Part shown: piece by piece, positions 36,671 to 48,889 of the stretch
How positions within the stretch are numbered: the stretch's first letter is position 1
How the letters are laid out: every line of letters begins with the position of its first letter
NCBI GenBank assembly: GCA_025936915.1
Contig: JAICSK010000001.1
Location: forward strand, 1 to 48,889
Length of the DNA: 48,889 nt
DNA from: Nocardioides sp.
GTDB lineage: Bacteria; Actinomycetota; Actinomycetes; Propionibacteriales; Nocardioidaceae
Direction: 5' to 3'
Made by a program: the position numbers and the translations under genes
The notes under the pieces: model-generated
What the model was told of the DNA's origin: nothing
What the model saw: the letters and a program-made list of their open reading frames with translations, nothing else
Databases searched by the model: none

Positions 36671-38167
36671 GTGACCACGTCCAGCGCGCCCCGAGCAGCC
36701 CGTGCCGATGTCGGCCTGCGCAGCGAGCGCGGTCCGATCCTGCTGGCGGTGATGCTGAGCACCGGCCTGTTCGCGATCGACTCCACGATCCTCGCCACGG
36801 CGGTGCCGTCGGTCGTGTCCGACCTCGGCGGGTTCACGTCGTTCCCCTGGCTGTTCTCGATCTATCTGCTGGCCCAGGCGATCTCGGTGCCGATCTACGG
36901 CAAGCTCGCCGACCTCTACGGACGCAAGCCGCTGATGCTGCTCGGGGTGGGCCTGTTCGTCTTCGGATCGCTGCTCTGCGGAGTCGCGTGGAGCATGACC
37001 GCGCTGATCGTGTTCCGGCTGGTCCAGGGGCTGGGCGCCGGCGCGATCGCCCCGGTCGGGATGACGATCCTCGGCGACATCTACACGCTGCAGGAGCGCG
37101 CCACCGTCCAGGGCTACCTCGCGAGCGTGTGGGCGATGGCGGCGCTGATCGGACCGACCTTGGGCGGAGTGTTCTCCGACTCGATCGGGTGGCGGTGGAT
37201 CTTCTTCGTCAACCTCCCGCTCGGAGCCGCCGCGATGTGGACCCTGTGGACGCGGTTCCACGAGAAGGTCGAGCGTCGCCGGCACAAGATCGACTACCTC
37301 GGGGCCACGTTGCTGGGCGTCGGCGGCACGCTGCTCCTGCTCGCCCTGCTCGAGGGCGGGGTGCAGTGGGCGTGGGACTCCGGCACCAGCATCGCGCTGT
37401 TCGTCGCCTCGATCGCGCTGCTGGCGACGTTCGTCCTGGTCGAACGGCGCGCCAGCGAGCCCGTGCTGCCGTTGTGGGTCCTCCGGATGCGGGTCCTGAA
37501 CGTCGTCAACGCCGGATCACTGGTCGTCGGCGTGATGATGATGGGGCTGTCGTCGTACGTCCCGCTGTTCTCGCAGAAGGTGCTGGGCACCGGTGCCGTC
37601 GTCGCCGGCTTGATCCTGGCCGCGATGACGATCGGCTGGCCGATCGCGGCGTCGACCGCCGGCCGGCTCTACCTCTCGCTCGGCTTCCGCTTCACCCTCG
37701 TGCTCGGCGGCGTGATCACCGTGGTCGGCGCACTGATCCTGGCGACCGTCGACGGCGGCAGCTCGCTGTGGCACCTCACCCTGGCGTGCTTCGTGATGGG
37801 GCTCGGCTTCGGGTACGTCGCGAGCCCGGGCGTGGTCGCGGCTCAGACCGCCGTGTCGTGGGCGCAGCGCGGTGTGGCCACCGGCGCGAACATGTTCTCC
37901 CGCTCCGTCGGCAGCGCAGTCGGGGTCGCGATCTTCGGCGCGATCGTCAACAGCCACGTCAGCAGCGCGCTCGGCTCGGCCGACCCCGACGTCCAGCACG
38001 TCTCGAGCTCGGTGCTCGAGCCCGCCATCCATGACGTGTTCCTGGTCAGCGTGTTCATCGCGGTCGTCCTCCTCGCCGTCGCCGTCCTCATGCCGACGCG
38101 GGTCGTCGAACCCGAGGCCGCGGTCGAGGTACCGAGCCCCGACCCGGAGACCGACGCCGTCTCCTGA
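36671..38167 (+). CDS. MFS drug-efflux transporter (14-TM DHA2/EmrB-QacA type)
   Basis: AIDSTILATAVP, WLFSIYLL, GKLADLYGRK, FRLVQGLGAG, GPTLGG, WRWIFFVNLP. Confidence 0.88.
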   Translation: MTTSSAPRAARADVGLRSERGPILLAVMLSTGLFAIDSTILATAVPSVVSDLGGFTSFPWLFSIYLLAQAISVPIYGKLADLYGRKPLMLLGVGLFVFGSLLCGVAWSMTALIVFRLVQGLGAGAIAPVGMTILGDIYTLQERATVQGYLASVWAMAALIGPTLGGVFSDSIGWRWIFFVNLPLGAAAMWTLWTRFHEKVERRRHKIDYLGATLLGVGGTLLLLALLEGGVQWAWDSGTSIALFVASIALLATFVLVERRASEPVLPLWVLRMRVLNVVNAGSLVVGVMMMGLSSYVPLFSQKVLGTGAVVAGLILAAMTIGWPIAASTAGRLYLSLGFRFTLVLGGVITVVGALILATVDGGSSLWHLTLACFVMGLGFGYVASPGVVAAQTAVSWAQRGVATGANMFSRSVGSAVGVAIFGAIVNSHVSSALGSADPDVQHVSSSVLEPAIHDVFLVSVFIAVVLLAVAVLMPTRVVEPEAAVEVPSPDPETDAVS

Positions 38168-38230
38168 GGCATGTTCGACCACGACGTGGGTGAGTCACTT
38201 GACTCATCCACGTCGTCCTCGACCGATCCG

Positions 38231-38770
38231 TCACAGCCCCGGATCGCCCGGCAGCCGACCGTGGATGTGACAGTCCTCGCGGTCGCCGGAGTCCGGGACG
38301 GCGTACGCCGATCGGGCGGTGCCCTCGAGGACGAAGCCGGTGACCGCGGCCACCCGACAGGACGCCTCGTTGTGGACCGAGTGCTCGAGCTGGACCCTCA
38401 TCAGGTCGCGCGACTCGAACGCCCATCGGGTGACCGCGTCGACCATCTGCCGGGCCACCCCGCGCCCTCGCGCGTCCGCGTGCACCCGGTAGCCGATCTT
38501 GGCGACGAGGTCGTCGGTGTCGATCGCGAAGAGACTCACGTTGCCGACCATCAGCCCGCTGGCGCGGTCGATCGCGCTCCAGGTGGCGTGGTTGCCTTCC
38601 GACCAGTCGGCACCCGCCCGCAGCCACTTCTCCGCCGCCTCGAGGTCGGGACACGGGCCGGTCGGGTTCCAGAGCCGGACGGCGGGGTCGTTCATCAGCT
38701 CGTAGGCGCGCGGAGCGTCCTCGACCGCGGGCGGTCGGATGACCAGGTCGCGGGTCTCGAGGCGTTCCAC
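38231..38770 (-). CDS. GNAT N-acetyltransferase (RimJ/RimL family)
   Basis: LETRDLVIRP, IGYRV..ARGRGVA, NEASCRVA...GF.LEGT. Confidence 0.85.
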   Translation of the reverse strand: MERLETRDLVIRPPAVEDAPRAYELMNDPAVRLWNPTGPCPDLEAAEKWLRAGADWSEGNHATWSAIDRASGLMVGNVSLFAIDTDDLVAKIGYRVHADARGRGVARQMVDAVTRWAFESRDLMRVQLEHSVHNEASCRVAAVTGFVLEGTARSAYAVPDSGDREDCHIHGRLPGDPGL

Positions 38771-38779
38771 GCCGACACC

Positions 38780-40537
38780 CTAGAGCCGGAGCAGAGCTCC
38801 GGCGTGTGCCGGCAATGTCAGGCCGCCGGCACCGACCGACGCCTCGGTGGGAGTGGTGAACACCAGCTCGCCCGACACCGGGAGCGTGACCGGCGACGCG
38901 CCGAAGTTCACCGCGATCAGCAGCTCGCGACGTCGCAACGTGAACACATGGCTCCCCTGGTCGGCGGTGGCCGAGAGCGAGGAGAACGCGGGATCCGTGA
39001 GCTCCGGGAGTCTCCGGCGAAGGGCGGCCAAGCGGCGGTGGACGTCGAGCAGCAGGGCGTGGCGGCCGGCCGCGAGCTCGGTCCAGTCGAGCTTCGACCG
39101 CTCGAACGTCGCCGGGTCCTGCGGATCGGGTACGACGGACGGGTCCCACCCCATCCTCGCGAACTCCTCGATCCGTCCCTCCGCCGTCGCGCGGCCGAGG
39201 TCGGGCTCGGGGTGTGAGGTGAAGAACTGGAACGGTGTCGACGCCGCCCACTCCTCCCCCATGAACAGCATCGGCGTGAACGGCCCGCACAGGGTCAGCA
39301 GGGCGGCGCACGCGAGCTGATCGTCGTCCAGGTGCTCGGTGAGCCGGTCGCCGCGGGCTCGGTTGCCGATCTGGTCGTGGTTCTGACTGCAGACCACGAG
39401 CCGCCAGGTCGGCATGTGCGCGGTGTCGACCGGTACCCCGTGGTCTCGCCCGCGGAACGACGACCACGTGCCGTCGTGGAAGAAGCCCTTCTCACACACC
39501 TTGGCCAACGCCGAGAGCGGCGCGAAGTCGGCGTAGTAGCCGGTCGTCTCGCCCGTCAGCGCGACGTGGAGGGCGTGGTGGAAGTCGTCGCTCCACTGGG
39601 CGTCGAGGCCGTAGCCACCGCCCTCGCGAGGGGTGACCAGCTTCGGGTCGTTGAGGTCCGACTCGGCGATCAGCGTGAGCGGCCGGCCGAGGTGCGCCGA
39701 CAGGGCCGCCGTCTCGATCGCCATCTCCTCCAGGATGTGCACCGGCGAGGAGTCCGACAACGCATGTACGGCATCGAGCCGCAGGGCGTCGACGTGATAG
39801 TCGGCGAACCACATCCGCACGTTGTCGAGGACGAACCGGCGTACCTCCGCCGACCCCTCATCGTCGAGGTTGACCAGGCCGCCCCAGGTGTTGCGGCCGC
39901 TCTTGAGGTAGGGGCCGAAGAGCGGCAGGTAGTTCCCCGACGGGCCGAGGTGGTTGTAGACCACGTCCTGAACGACGCCCAGACCGGCCGCATGGCAGGC
40001 ATCGACGAAGCGCTGGTAGGCGGGCGGCCCGCCGTACGACTCGCTGACCGCGAACCAGTCGACCCCGTCGTACCCCCAGTTGTGGCTGCCGTTGAACGCG
40101 TTGACCGGCATCAGCTCGACCAGGTCGACCCCGATCGAGCGCAGATGGTCGAGCCTCTCGATCGCCGAGTCGAGGGTGCCCTCCGGGGTGAAGGTGCCGA
40201 GATGCAGCTCGTAGACCACCGAGCCGGGCAGCTGTCGCCCCGTCCAGGCGACGTCGGTCCAGGTGAACGCCGAAGGGTCGTAGGTTTGCGAGCGCTGATG
40301 GACGCCCGCCGGCTGGCGCCGCGACCGCGGGTCCGGTCGGGGCACGTCCGAGTCGTCGATCAGGTATCCGTAGTCGAGGGGTCCTTCCGTCGGATCGGGA
40401 ACGTCGCCGTCGGGGACCCACCAGTCGCCTCCCGAGCGGCTCATCCCGACGATGGCATCACCCACCGACAGCCGGAGGACCTCCGCGCCGGGACCCCAGA
40501 CCGCGAACGGTGGGTGGCCGTGCGTCCAGACGCTCAC
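38780..40537 (-). CDS. treZ: Malto-oligosyltrehalose trehalohydrolase
   Basis: [83 protein letters not shown]. Confidence 0.93.
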   Translation of the reverse strand: MSVWTHGHPPFAVWGPGAEVLRLSVGDAIVGMSRSGGDWWVPDGDVPDPTEGPLDYGYLIDDSDVPRPDPRSRRQPAGVHQRSQTYDPSAFTWTDVAWTGRQLPGSVVYELHLGTFTPEGTLDSAIERLDHLRSIGVDLVELMPVNAFNGSHNWGYDGVDWFAVSESYGGPPAYQRFVDACHAAGLGVVQDVVYNHLGPSGNYLPLFGPYLKSGRNTWGGLVNLDDEGSAEVRRFVLDNVRMWFADYHVDALRLDAVHALSDSSPVHILEEMAIETAALSAHLGRPLTLIAESDLNDPKLVTPREGGGYGLDAQWSDDFHHALHVALTGETTGYYADFAPLSALAKVCEKGFFHDGTWSSFRGRDHGVPVDTAHMPTWRLVVCSQNHDQIGNRARGDRLTEHLDDDQLACAALLTLCGPFTPMLFMGEEWAASTPFQFFTSHPEPDLGRATAEGRIEEFARMGWDPSVVPDPQDPATFERSKLDWTELAAGRHALLLDVHRRLAALRRRLPELTDPAFSSLSATADQGSHVFTLRRRELLIAVNFGASPVTLPVSGELVFTTPTEASVGAGGLTLPAHAGALLRL

Positions 40538-42812
40538 GACTCCTCCCGGATCAGCAAGGCGACCGGGTAGTCGGCGAGCAGGTCGTGCAGCGGTGCCTCA
40601 CCGGCGTACTCCCGACCCGTCACCAGGTCGGCCCAGACGTCGCCGTCCGGCACCGACAGTGTGGTGTCGCCCCACCCGCGGGCGGCGAGCCCCACCGGCA
40701 GCCGGGTCGCGACGGTGAGCGCCCCGCCCCGGTCGAACGCGACGACGTGCCCCGCGGCATCTCCCCGGCCACCGACAGGCCGGTACGTCGTGAACCGGTG
40801 GGGCTGGTGGCGGCGCAGGGTCAGCGCCACCTGGGTCACGAGCAGCTTCGCGTCACCCCGATCGTCGAGCCGCGGGGTGAGCACCGGGCGTTCTCCCGCC
40901 CGGACGCGAGCCAGGATCCCGCGTCGTACCTCGAAGTCGACCGGGCGGCGGTTGTCCGGGTCGACCAGCGACTGCTCCCACAGCTCGCTGCCCTGGTAGA
41001 CGTCCGGCACGCCCGGCATCGTGAGCGCGACCAGCTTGGCCGCGAGACTGTTGCTCCAGCCCGGCCCGACGAGGCGCTCGAGCAGGTCGTCGAGGACGGC
41101 CCGGACGGCCGGGCTGTGGTGGGCCGCGTCGACGGCGGCGTGCACCGCGTTCTCGTACGCCGCCCTCGGTGTGGTCCACGTGGTCCGGTCACCGGCCTCG
41201 CGCATGGCCTTCTCGGCGTAGGCGTGCAGGCGCTCGGGAGCGGCCGGCCAGGCGCCCACGATCGCCTGCCAGAGCAGGTTGCCGAACGACGGGTCGGGCA
41301 GCGGCGCGACCCCGAGCAACGTCTCGAGGGCCTCGGCCCAGACCTCGGGGAGCTCGGCGAGCACCGCGATGCGGGCGCGCACGTCCTCGCCGCGCTTGGT
41401 GTCGTGGGTCGAGGTGGTCGTCATCGCGAGCGGTCGTTCGCGCTGCCGCTCGGTCATCGCCGCATGGAACTCGTCGACCCCGATGGACCACGTGCTCGGG
41501 TCGCCGCCGACCTCGCACAGGGAGGTGAGCCGCGAGGTGCGGTAGAACGCGCAGTCCTCCACGCCCTTGGCCATCACCGCGCCGGTGGTCTGCTGGAACC
41601 GCAGCGCCGCCGGCCGTTCCGGGTCGCCGAGCACCGGCTCGAGCACGTCGAACGCCGTGACCAGGTCGGGCCGCCTCCGCCGGGCCTCCGAGAATGCCGC
41701 TGCGAGGTGACCCCGGCCCTCGGGGAGATAGGACCGGTACACCGGGAAGCACGCCGCCAGCTCGGCGACGGCATCCACGAGGTGGTCCTGCGACCGGTGG
41801 CTGACCTCGCGTGCCACCCGCCGGATCTCGGAGCCGAGGATCCCGTCGGCGACGGCCCGCTTGGTGTCGTGGGTCAGCTCGTGCCAGTCGAGCGGCATGC
41901 CGCGCAACCGCGCCTCGAGCGTGGTCAAGGCTCCTTGTCCCTCGGGATCGACGAGCACCCGGTCGACCGCACCCAGCACGTCGTACCCGGTGGTCCCCGC
42001 GGTCGCCCACGACGAGAGCAGGTCCTCACCCGGCTCGAGGATCTTCTCGACCAGCACGTAGGCGCCGCCCGTGAGCGAGCGCAGGTCGTCGAGGTATGCC
42101 GCGGGGTCGCGGAGGCCGTCTGGGTGGTCGACGCGGAGGCCGTCGACGAGACCCTCGTCGAACCATCGCTTGATCTCGACATGCGAGTCGTCGAACACCT
42201 CGGGGTCCTCGACCCGCACTCCCGCGAGGGTGGTCACCGCGAAGAAGCGCCGGTAGTTGAGGCCGTGATCCGCGACCGTCCAGGGGACGAGCTCGTAGTG
42301 CTGCTCCTCGAGGGCCGACGTGCCGGCCGCCAGCGGGAAGACGTGCTCGTGGTAGCGCACGACGCCCTCGTCGACGTCGACCTCGACGGCCTCCGGGTCG
42401 TCGCCGAGCACCGGGATCCGGACCCTGCCGTTCCCGGCCTCCCAGTCGACGTCGAACGCCTCGGCGTGCGCCGAGTCCCTGCCGCGGGCCAGCAGGTCCC
42501 ACCACCAGGCGTTCTCGCGCGGCGTCGCAACCCCCATGTGGTTGGGCACGATGTCGACGAGCACGCCCATCCCCAGGCGCCGCGCCTCGGCCGACAGCAC
42601 GGCCAGGCCCTCGACCCCGCCACGCTCGGGGTCGACCAGCGCGTGGTCGACCACGTCGTACCCGTGGTCGCTCCCGGGCTCGGCCTCGAGCAGCGGCGAG
42701 AGGTAGACCCAGTCGACGCCGAGGTCGTGCAGGTAGGGGAGGGTCGCGGCCGCGTCGTGCAGGGTGAAGTGCGCGTTCACCTGCAGTCGGTAGCTGCTGG
42801 CCGGGACGCGCA

Positions 42813-42816
<4 letters not shown>
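40534..42816 (-). CDS. treY: Malto-oligosyltrehalose synthase
   Basis: [87 protein letters not shown]. Confidence 0.93.
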
Positions 42817-44999
<2,183 letters not shown>

Positions 45000-45102
45000 G
45001 GTGCCTCCCGTCGGCGGTGTCTCCCTGACACTCGATCCCACCACACCTACATCTCCGGACCACCATCCCTCACCCCCGTGGTGGTCACGAGTGACGTGCG
45101 AC

Positions 45103-46644
45103 TCAGTAGTCCTGGGGCTGGGTGAAGAAGCCGTGGGGGTCGTAGGACATCCGCGCCTGAGCGAGCCGCCCGGCATTGGCCCCGAAGTACGCCTGCTGGT
45201 AGTGCTTCAGCGAGGAGTCCGCGTAGTTGACGTAGGCGCCGCTGCCCCAGCTCGGCTTCATCGCGGTGCGGAACCGCCGCACGTACGACGTCGCGGTGGT
45301 CGCGGGGCCGGAGTCGTACGTCGCGGTGTACTGCACCGTGGTCAGCGCCCCGCGATGTCCGAACGCCGTGTCGCCGGCGCCGATGTCGTCGACCTTGCCG
45401 CCGAGCGCGTCGATCGAGATGCCGGCCTCCTTCAGGCCACTGCCCTGCGCGGCGTCCACCCGGTCGAGCAGCGCGCTCATGTCGACGTCGGGGACGGTGA
45501 TGATGTGCGACGTGGCCGCGAACGCCCCGCGGTCGAGCGCTCCGCCGGGTCCGGTGTGGCACTCGGGCACCGGGATCGTGGAGCAGCCCGCGTAGGTGAG
45601 CATGGTGTCGAGGTAGCTCGCGGTGGAGCGAGAGTCGGTCGTCGGCGCCGGCACGCTGGACAGCAGAGGCTGCAACGCGGCATCCATGCCCGACGCCGGC
45701 CCGGTCCAGGTCGCCGACATGAACAGCGCCGGCCCGCTGGGGTGCGTGCGGCCACCCAGCAGCTTGAGCGTCGCCCAGAGTCGTGGGTCGGCTCGCGGGA
45801 CGGTGCGCAGCCAGCTCGGCACGACGTGCTCCGCCGCGGAGAACGGCCAGGCGACGTAGGCCCGGGTGATCGTCGGAGCCGCGAAGGTCCTGAAGGTGAA
45901 CGACGTGACCACACCCAGGTGGCCGCCGCCCCCGCCGCGCAGCGCCCAGAACAGCTCGGGCTCGTGGTCTGCGCTGGCGGTGACGACGGTGCCGTCGGCC
46001 AGGACGACCCGCATCGCGGCGACGGAGTCGCAGGTGAGCCCGTGGGCCCGGGTGAGCACGCCGACGCCGCCTCCCTGGGTCAGCCCGGCGATGCCGACCG
46101 TCGGGCAGGAGCCGCCCGCGATCCCGCGCCCGTGCGTGCCCAGCCCGTCGTACACCTGTACGAGGGAGGCGCCGGCACCGATGGTCGCGGTGGTGCCGCT
46201 GAGCGACACCCGGTGCAACGGCCGGACGTCGATGACGAGCGCGCCGTCGCCCGCGGACCAGCCGGGATAGCTGTGGCCGCCCGAGCGGATGGCGACCCTG
46301 AGCCCGTGGTCCTGGGCGAACGAGAACGCCGTCGCCACGTCCCGAGCGCCCGCGACGGAGAGGACGGCGAGCGGCCGGGCGCCGTCGTACCGCGGGTTCT
46401 GGGTGAGGCGCACGGTGTCGTACGTCGCGGAGCCGGGGCGGGCCAGGGTGCCGTCGACGTGCCTCGCCAGCCGGCGCCAGTCGGCCGACGTCGGCGACGT
46501 GACCCGGGAGGGCGCCCCGCTCGTCGGCGAGACGGGAGGAGCCGGGGTGTCGGCCGGAGGTGACGCGTCGTGCGGTGCGCAGGCGGCGGCGGCACCCGCC
46601 ACCGCCGTCAGGATCACCCCCCGCCGCCCAAGTCTCGCCGCCAC
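45103..46644 (-). CDS. Berberine-bridge-enzyme-like FAD oxidoreductase, predicted Tat lipoprotein
   Basis: Twin-arginine GRRGVI plus lipobox AAAC; RSGGHSY, GGSCPTVGIAG, LFWALRGGGGG, AYVNY, YDPHGFF; GTG start 6 nt after TACCCT. Confidence 0.85.
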   Translation of the reverse strand: MAARLGRRGVILTAVAGAAAACAPHDASPPADTPAPPVSPTSGAPSRVTSPTSADWRRLARHVDGTLARPGSATYDTVRLTQNPRYDGARPLAVLSVAGARDVATAFSFAQDHGLRVAIRSGGHSYPGWSAGDGALVIDVRPLHRVSLSGTTATIGAGASLVQVYDGLGTHGRGIAGGSCPTVGIAGLTQGGGVGVLTRAHGLTCDSVAAMRVVLADGTVVTASADHEPELFWALRGGGGGHLGVVTSFTFRTFAAPTITRAYVAWPFSAAEHVVPSWLRTVPRADPRLWATLKLLGGRTHPSGPALFMSATWTGPASGMDAALQPLLSSVPAPTTDSRSTASYLDTMLTYAGCSTIPVPECHTGPGGALDRGAFAATSHIITVPDVDMSALLDRVDAAQGSGLKEAGISIDALGGKVDDIGAGDTAFGHRGALTTVQYTATYDSGPATTATSYVRRFRTAMKPSWGSGAYVNYADSSLKHYQQAYFGANAGRLAQARMSYDPHGFFTQPQDY

Positions 46645-46782
46645 GCCCCCAGGGTAGAGACGGCACCTGCCCGGGCTCGGCGCCCGACCCGGCTCAACCT
46701 GTGCGAATCCGTGCCGCCCGGCATCCGGCGTGTTCTGATGTGTCCGGTCCCGGGCGCTCGGGGCTGGAATCGGGAGGCCGAG

Positions 46783-47475
46783 ATGAAGGCGTGGACGAGG
46801 GCGGTGTACGCCGTCGGGGTGCTGGTGGTGGTGACCGGGTGCGGCGGTGGCGGGGGGTCGTTCGCCGACAAGTCGGTCGACGACATCGTCAAGGCCGCGT
46901 CGCACGACATGGGTGACGTGAGGTCGCTCGGGGTGTCCGGTGACCTGACGACCGGCGGCGCCACGTACGGGATCGACGTCCACATCATCGCCGACGGCGG
47001 CTGCACGGGGACACTGAAGGTCGGCGACGGGTCGTCCCAGATCGTCTCCAAGGACTCGACGTACTGGATGAAGCCGGACCACGCGTTCTGGGAGAGCCAG
47101 GACCCGTCGGAGGCCGCGGTGATCGAGAAGGCCGTCGGAGACAAGTGGATCACGATCCCGAGCAGCTCGGACCTCGACGCCTTCTGCGACCTCGACACGT
47201 TCCTGAAGAACTTCACCGGCGCCTCGAACGGCCCTACCAAGGGATCGGTGGTGGGCACGGAGAAGGTCGGCGGCAAGCAGGCGGTCAAGATCACCGGCAC
47301 CGACCACGGTGACCCGGTCGTGGCCTGGGTGGCGACCGGCGAGCCCCACTACGTGCTCAAGATCCGGATCGGCGGGAGCGCGGACACGACCGGCTCCTTG
47401 ACGTTCACCGACTTCGACAAGCCGGTCCGGCTGAGGACACCTGCTCCGACTGACGTCGCGAACCTCGGCGGGTGA
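46783..47475 (+). CDS. Lipoprotein of unknown function (possibly LppX/LprG-like fold)
   Basis: Lipobox VTGC, GGAGG RBS, beta-rich sequence ending LTFTDFDKPVRLRTP. Confidence 0.7.
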   Translation: MKAWTRAVYAVGVLVVVTGCGGGGGSFADKSVDDIVKAASHDMGDVRSLGVSGDLTTGGATYGIDVHIIADGGCTGTLKVGDGSSQIVSKDSTYWMKPDHAFWESQDPSEAAVIEKAVGDKWITIPSSSDLDAFCDLDTFLKNFTGASNGPTKGSVVGTEKVGGKQAVKITGTDHGDPVVAWVATGEPHYVLKIRIGGSADTTGSLTFTDFDKPVRLRTPAPTDVANLGG

Positions 47476-47551
47476 GCCGCCCCGGCGTACGTCGGTGAGC
47501 CTTGCCTTCCTTGCGAGCCGCGGGGGCGCTGGGGAGGATCGAGAGGTGAGC

Positions 47552-48277
47552 ATGGAGATCGGGACCGACGAGAATCCTCAGCACTGGCACGAGGAGATCG
47601 GTGAGGACGTCGGCAACCGGCTGAACTGGCTGCGGGCTGGCGTCCTCGGCGCGAACGACGGGATCGTCTCGGTCGCCGGCATCGTGATGGGAGTCGCGGG
47701 TGCGACCTCCGACCGGTCGCCGGTCTTCGTCGCCGGAGTCGCCGGACTGGTGGCTGGTGCTCTGAGCATGGGGGCCGGCGAGTACGTCTCGGTCAACGCC
47801 CAGCGCGACTCCGAGCAGGCGATGCTCGCGCTCGAGGCCGAGGAGCTCGAGAAGATGCCGGAGACCGAGCTGCGGGAGCTCGCCAAGATGTACGAGCGCA
47901 AGGGGCTCAGCCGTGAGACCGCCCGGCGGGTCGCGGAGGAGCTCACCGCTCACGACGCGCTGTCGGCCCACGCCGAGATCGAGTTCGGGATCGACCCCGA
48001 CCAGCTGACCAACCCGTGGCACGCGGCGTTCGCCTCGATGATCGCGTTCACGATCGGTGCGCTGCTGCCGTTGCTCGCGATCACCCTGTCGCCGCTGGAC
48101 GCCCGGGTCTGGCTGACGGTGGCGACGGTGGTCGTCGCACTGGCGGTTGCGGGCTTCGTCCAGGCCCGGCTGGGGTTCAGTCCGTGGGGACGGGCCGTCG
48201 TCCGCAACGTCGGTGGCGGGCTGGTGGCGATGGTGATCACCTACGCGGTCGGATCGGTCGTCGGCACGCACGTCTGA
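47552..48277 (+). CDS. VIT1/CCC1-family Fe/Mn transporter
   Basis: LNWLRAGVLGANDGIVS, GALSMGAGEYVSV..QRD, ELRELAKMY..KG, NPWHAAFAS..FTIGALLPL. Confidence 0.9.
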   Translation: MEIGTDENPQHWHEEIGEDVGNRLNWLRAGVLGANDGIVSVAGIVMGVAGATSDRSPVFVAGVAGLVAGALSMGAGEYVSVNAQRDSEQAMLALEAEELEKMPETELRELAKMYERKGLSRETARRVAEELTAHDALSAHAEIEFGIDPDQLTNPWHAAFASMIAFTIGALLPLLAITLSPLDARVWLTVATVVVALAVAGFVQARLGFSPWGRAVVRNVGGGLVAMVITYAVGSVVGTHV

Positions 48278-48293
48278 CCCTTCCCGACGATCG

Positions 48294-48860
48294 ATGCGGA
48301 TGTTCGTGGCGGTGGTGCCGCCCGCGGAGGTGGTCGAGGACCTCGACGCGTTCCTGGAGGTACGACGGTCTGCCGCGGCGTACCGGTGGGCTCCGGTGGA
48401 GCAGCTCCACGTCACGCTGGCGTTCCTGGCCGACGTGCCCGACCGGAAGCTGGACGACCTGGTCGAGCGACTGGGCCGCGCGGCCTCGCGGCGTACGGCG
48501 TTCCCGGCGGCGATCGCGGGCGGCGGCGCCTTCCCTCACGTGGCTCGTGCCCGGGTGCTGTGGGCCGGCATCTCGCTGTCCGACGCGGGACGCAGCGAGC
48601 TGAGCCGGATGGCGACCGGTGCCCGCGCCGCGGCGAACCGGTCCGGCGTACCCGTGGACGGGCAGCGGTTCCGCCCCCACGTCACCGTCGCCCGGCTCGG
48701 ACCTCCCGACGAGGTCTCCTCCTGGGTCCGGCTTCTCGACGCCTACCACGGCCCCACCTGGAGCGTCGACCGGATGACCCTCGTGGCGTCGTACCTCGGC
48801 GAGGGGCCGCGCAACCGTCCGCGCTACGAGGCTGTGGAGGAGTTCGTGTTGTCGGGGTAG
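48294..48860 (+). CDS. thpR: RNA 2',3'-cyclic phosphodiesterase (2H phosphoesterase)
   Basis: MRMFVAV start; two HxT motifs HVTLAFL and FRPHVTVAR; RVLWAG. Confidence 0.88.
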   Translation: MRMFVAVVPPAEVVEDLDAFLEVRRSAAAYRWAPVEQLHVTLAFLADVPDRKLDDLVERLGRAASRRTAFPAAIAGGGAFPHVARARVLWAGISLSDAGRSELSRMATGARAAANRSGVPVDGQRFRPHVTVARLGPPDEVSSWVRLLDAYHGPTWSVDRMTLVASYLGEGPRNRPRYEAVEEFVLSG

Positions 48861-48889
48861 TCCGTGACGAAACGGTCCCTTTCCGGAGC

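Overview
High-GC actinobacterial DNA, probably Nocardioidaceae-like (inferred from gene content and protein style). No rRNA, tRNA, CRISPR or transposase was seen. The left 22 kb (697-21752) is a coherent choline/glycine-betaine and one-carbon catabolic island. It carries a betaine ABC transporter, betA/betB, two paralogous IclR regulators and purU. It also carries a complete corrinoid-dependent demethylation module: non-pyrrolysine MttB-family methyltransferase, corrinoid protein, pterin-binding methyltransferase, ATP-dependent RACE/RamA-type activator and DUF1638-like protein. The island ends with pabAB, L-serine dehydratase, an atypical FolD and a short MetF. A tandem palindromic operator (RTTGCG-N5-CGCAAC, two copies 19 bp apart) recurs before four of these transcription units. 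A related palindrome (GTTCCA-N5-TGGAAC) sits in the mttB/iclR2 divergent promoter. The rest of the window is mostly housekeeping or accessory: small membrane/secreted proteins (including an unannotated 47-aa ORF), an orphan response regulator, recCBD, an F420-dependent Ddn-family gene, menB, an MFS transporter, a GNAT, treXYZ, a Tat-exported BBE-like oxidase, VIT1 and ThpR. All calls come from reading motifs by eye; no database searches were run.
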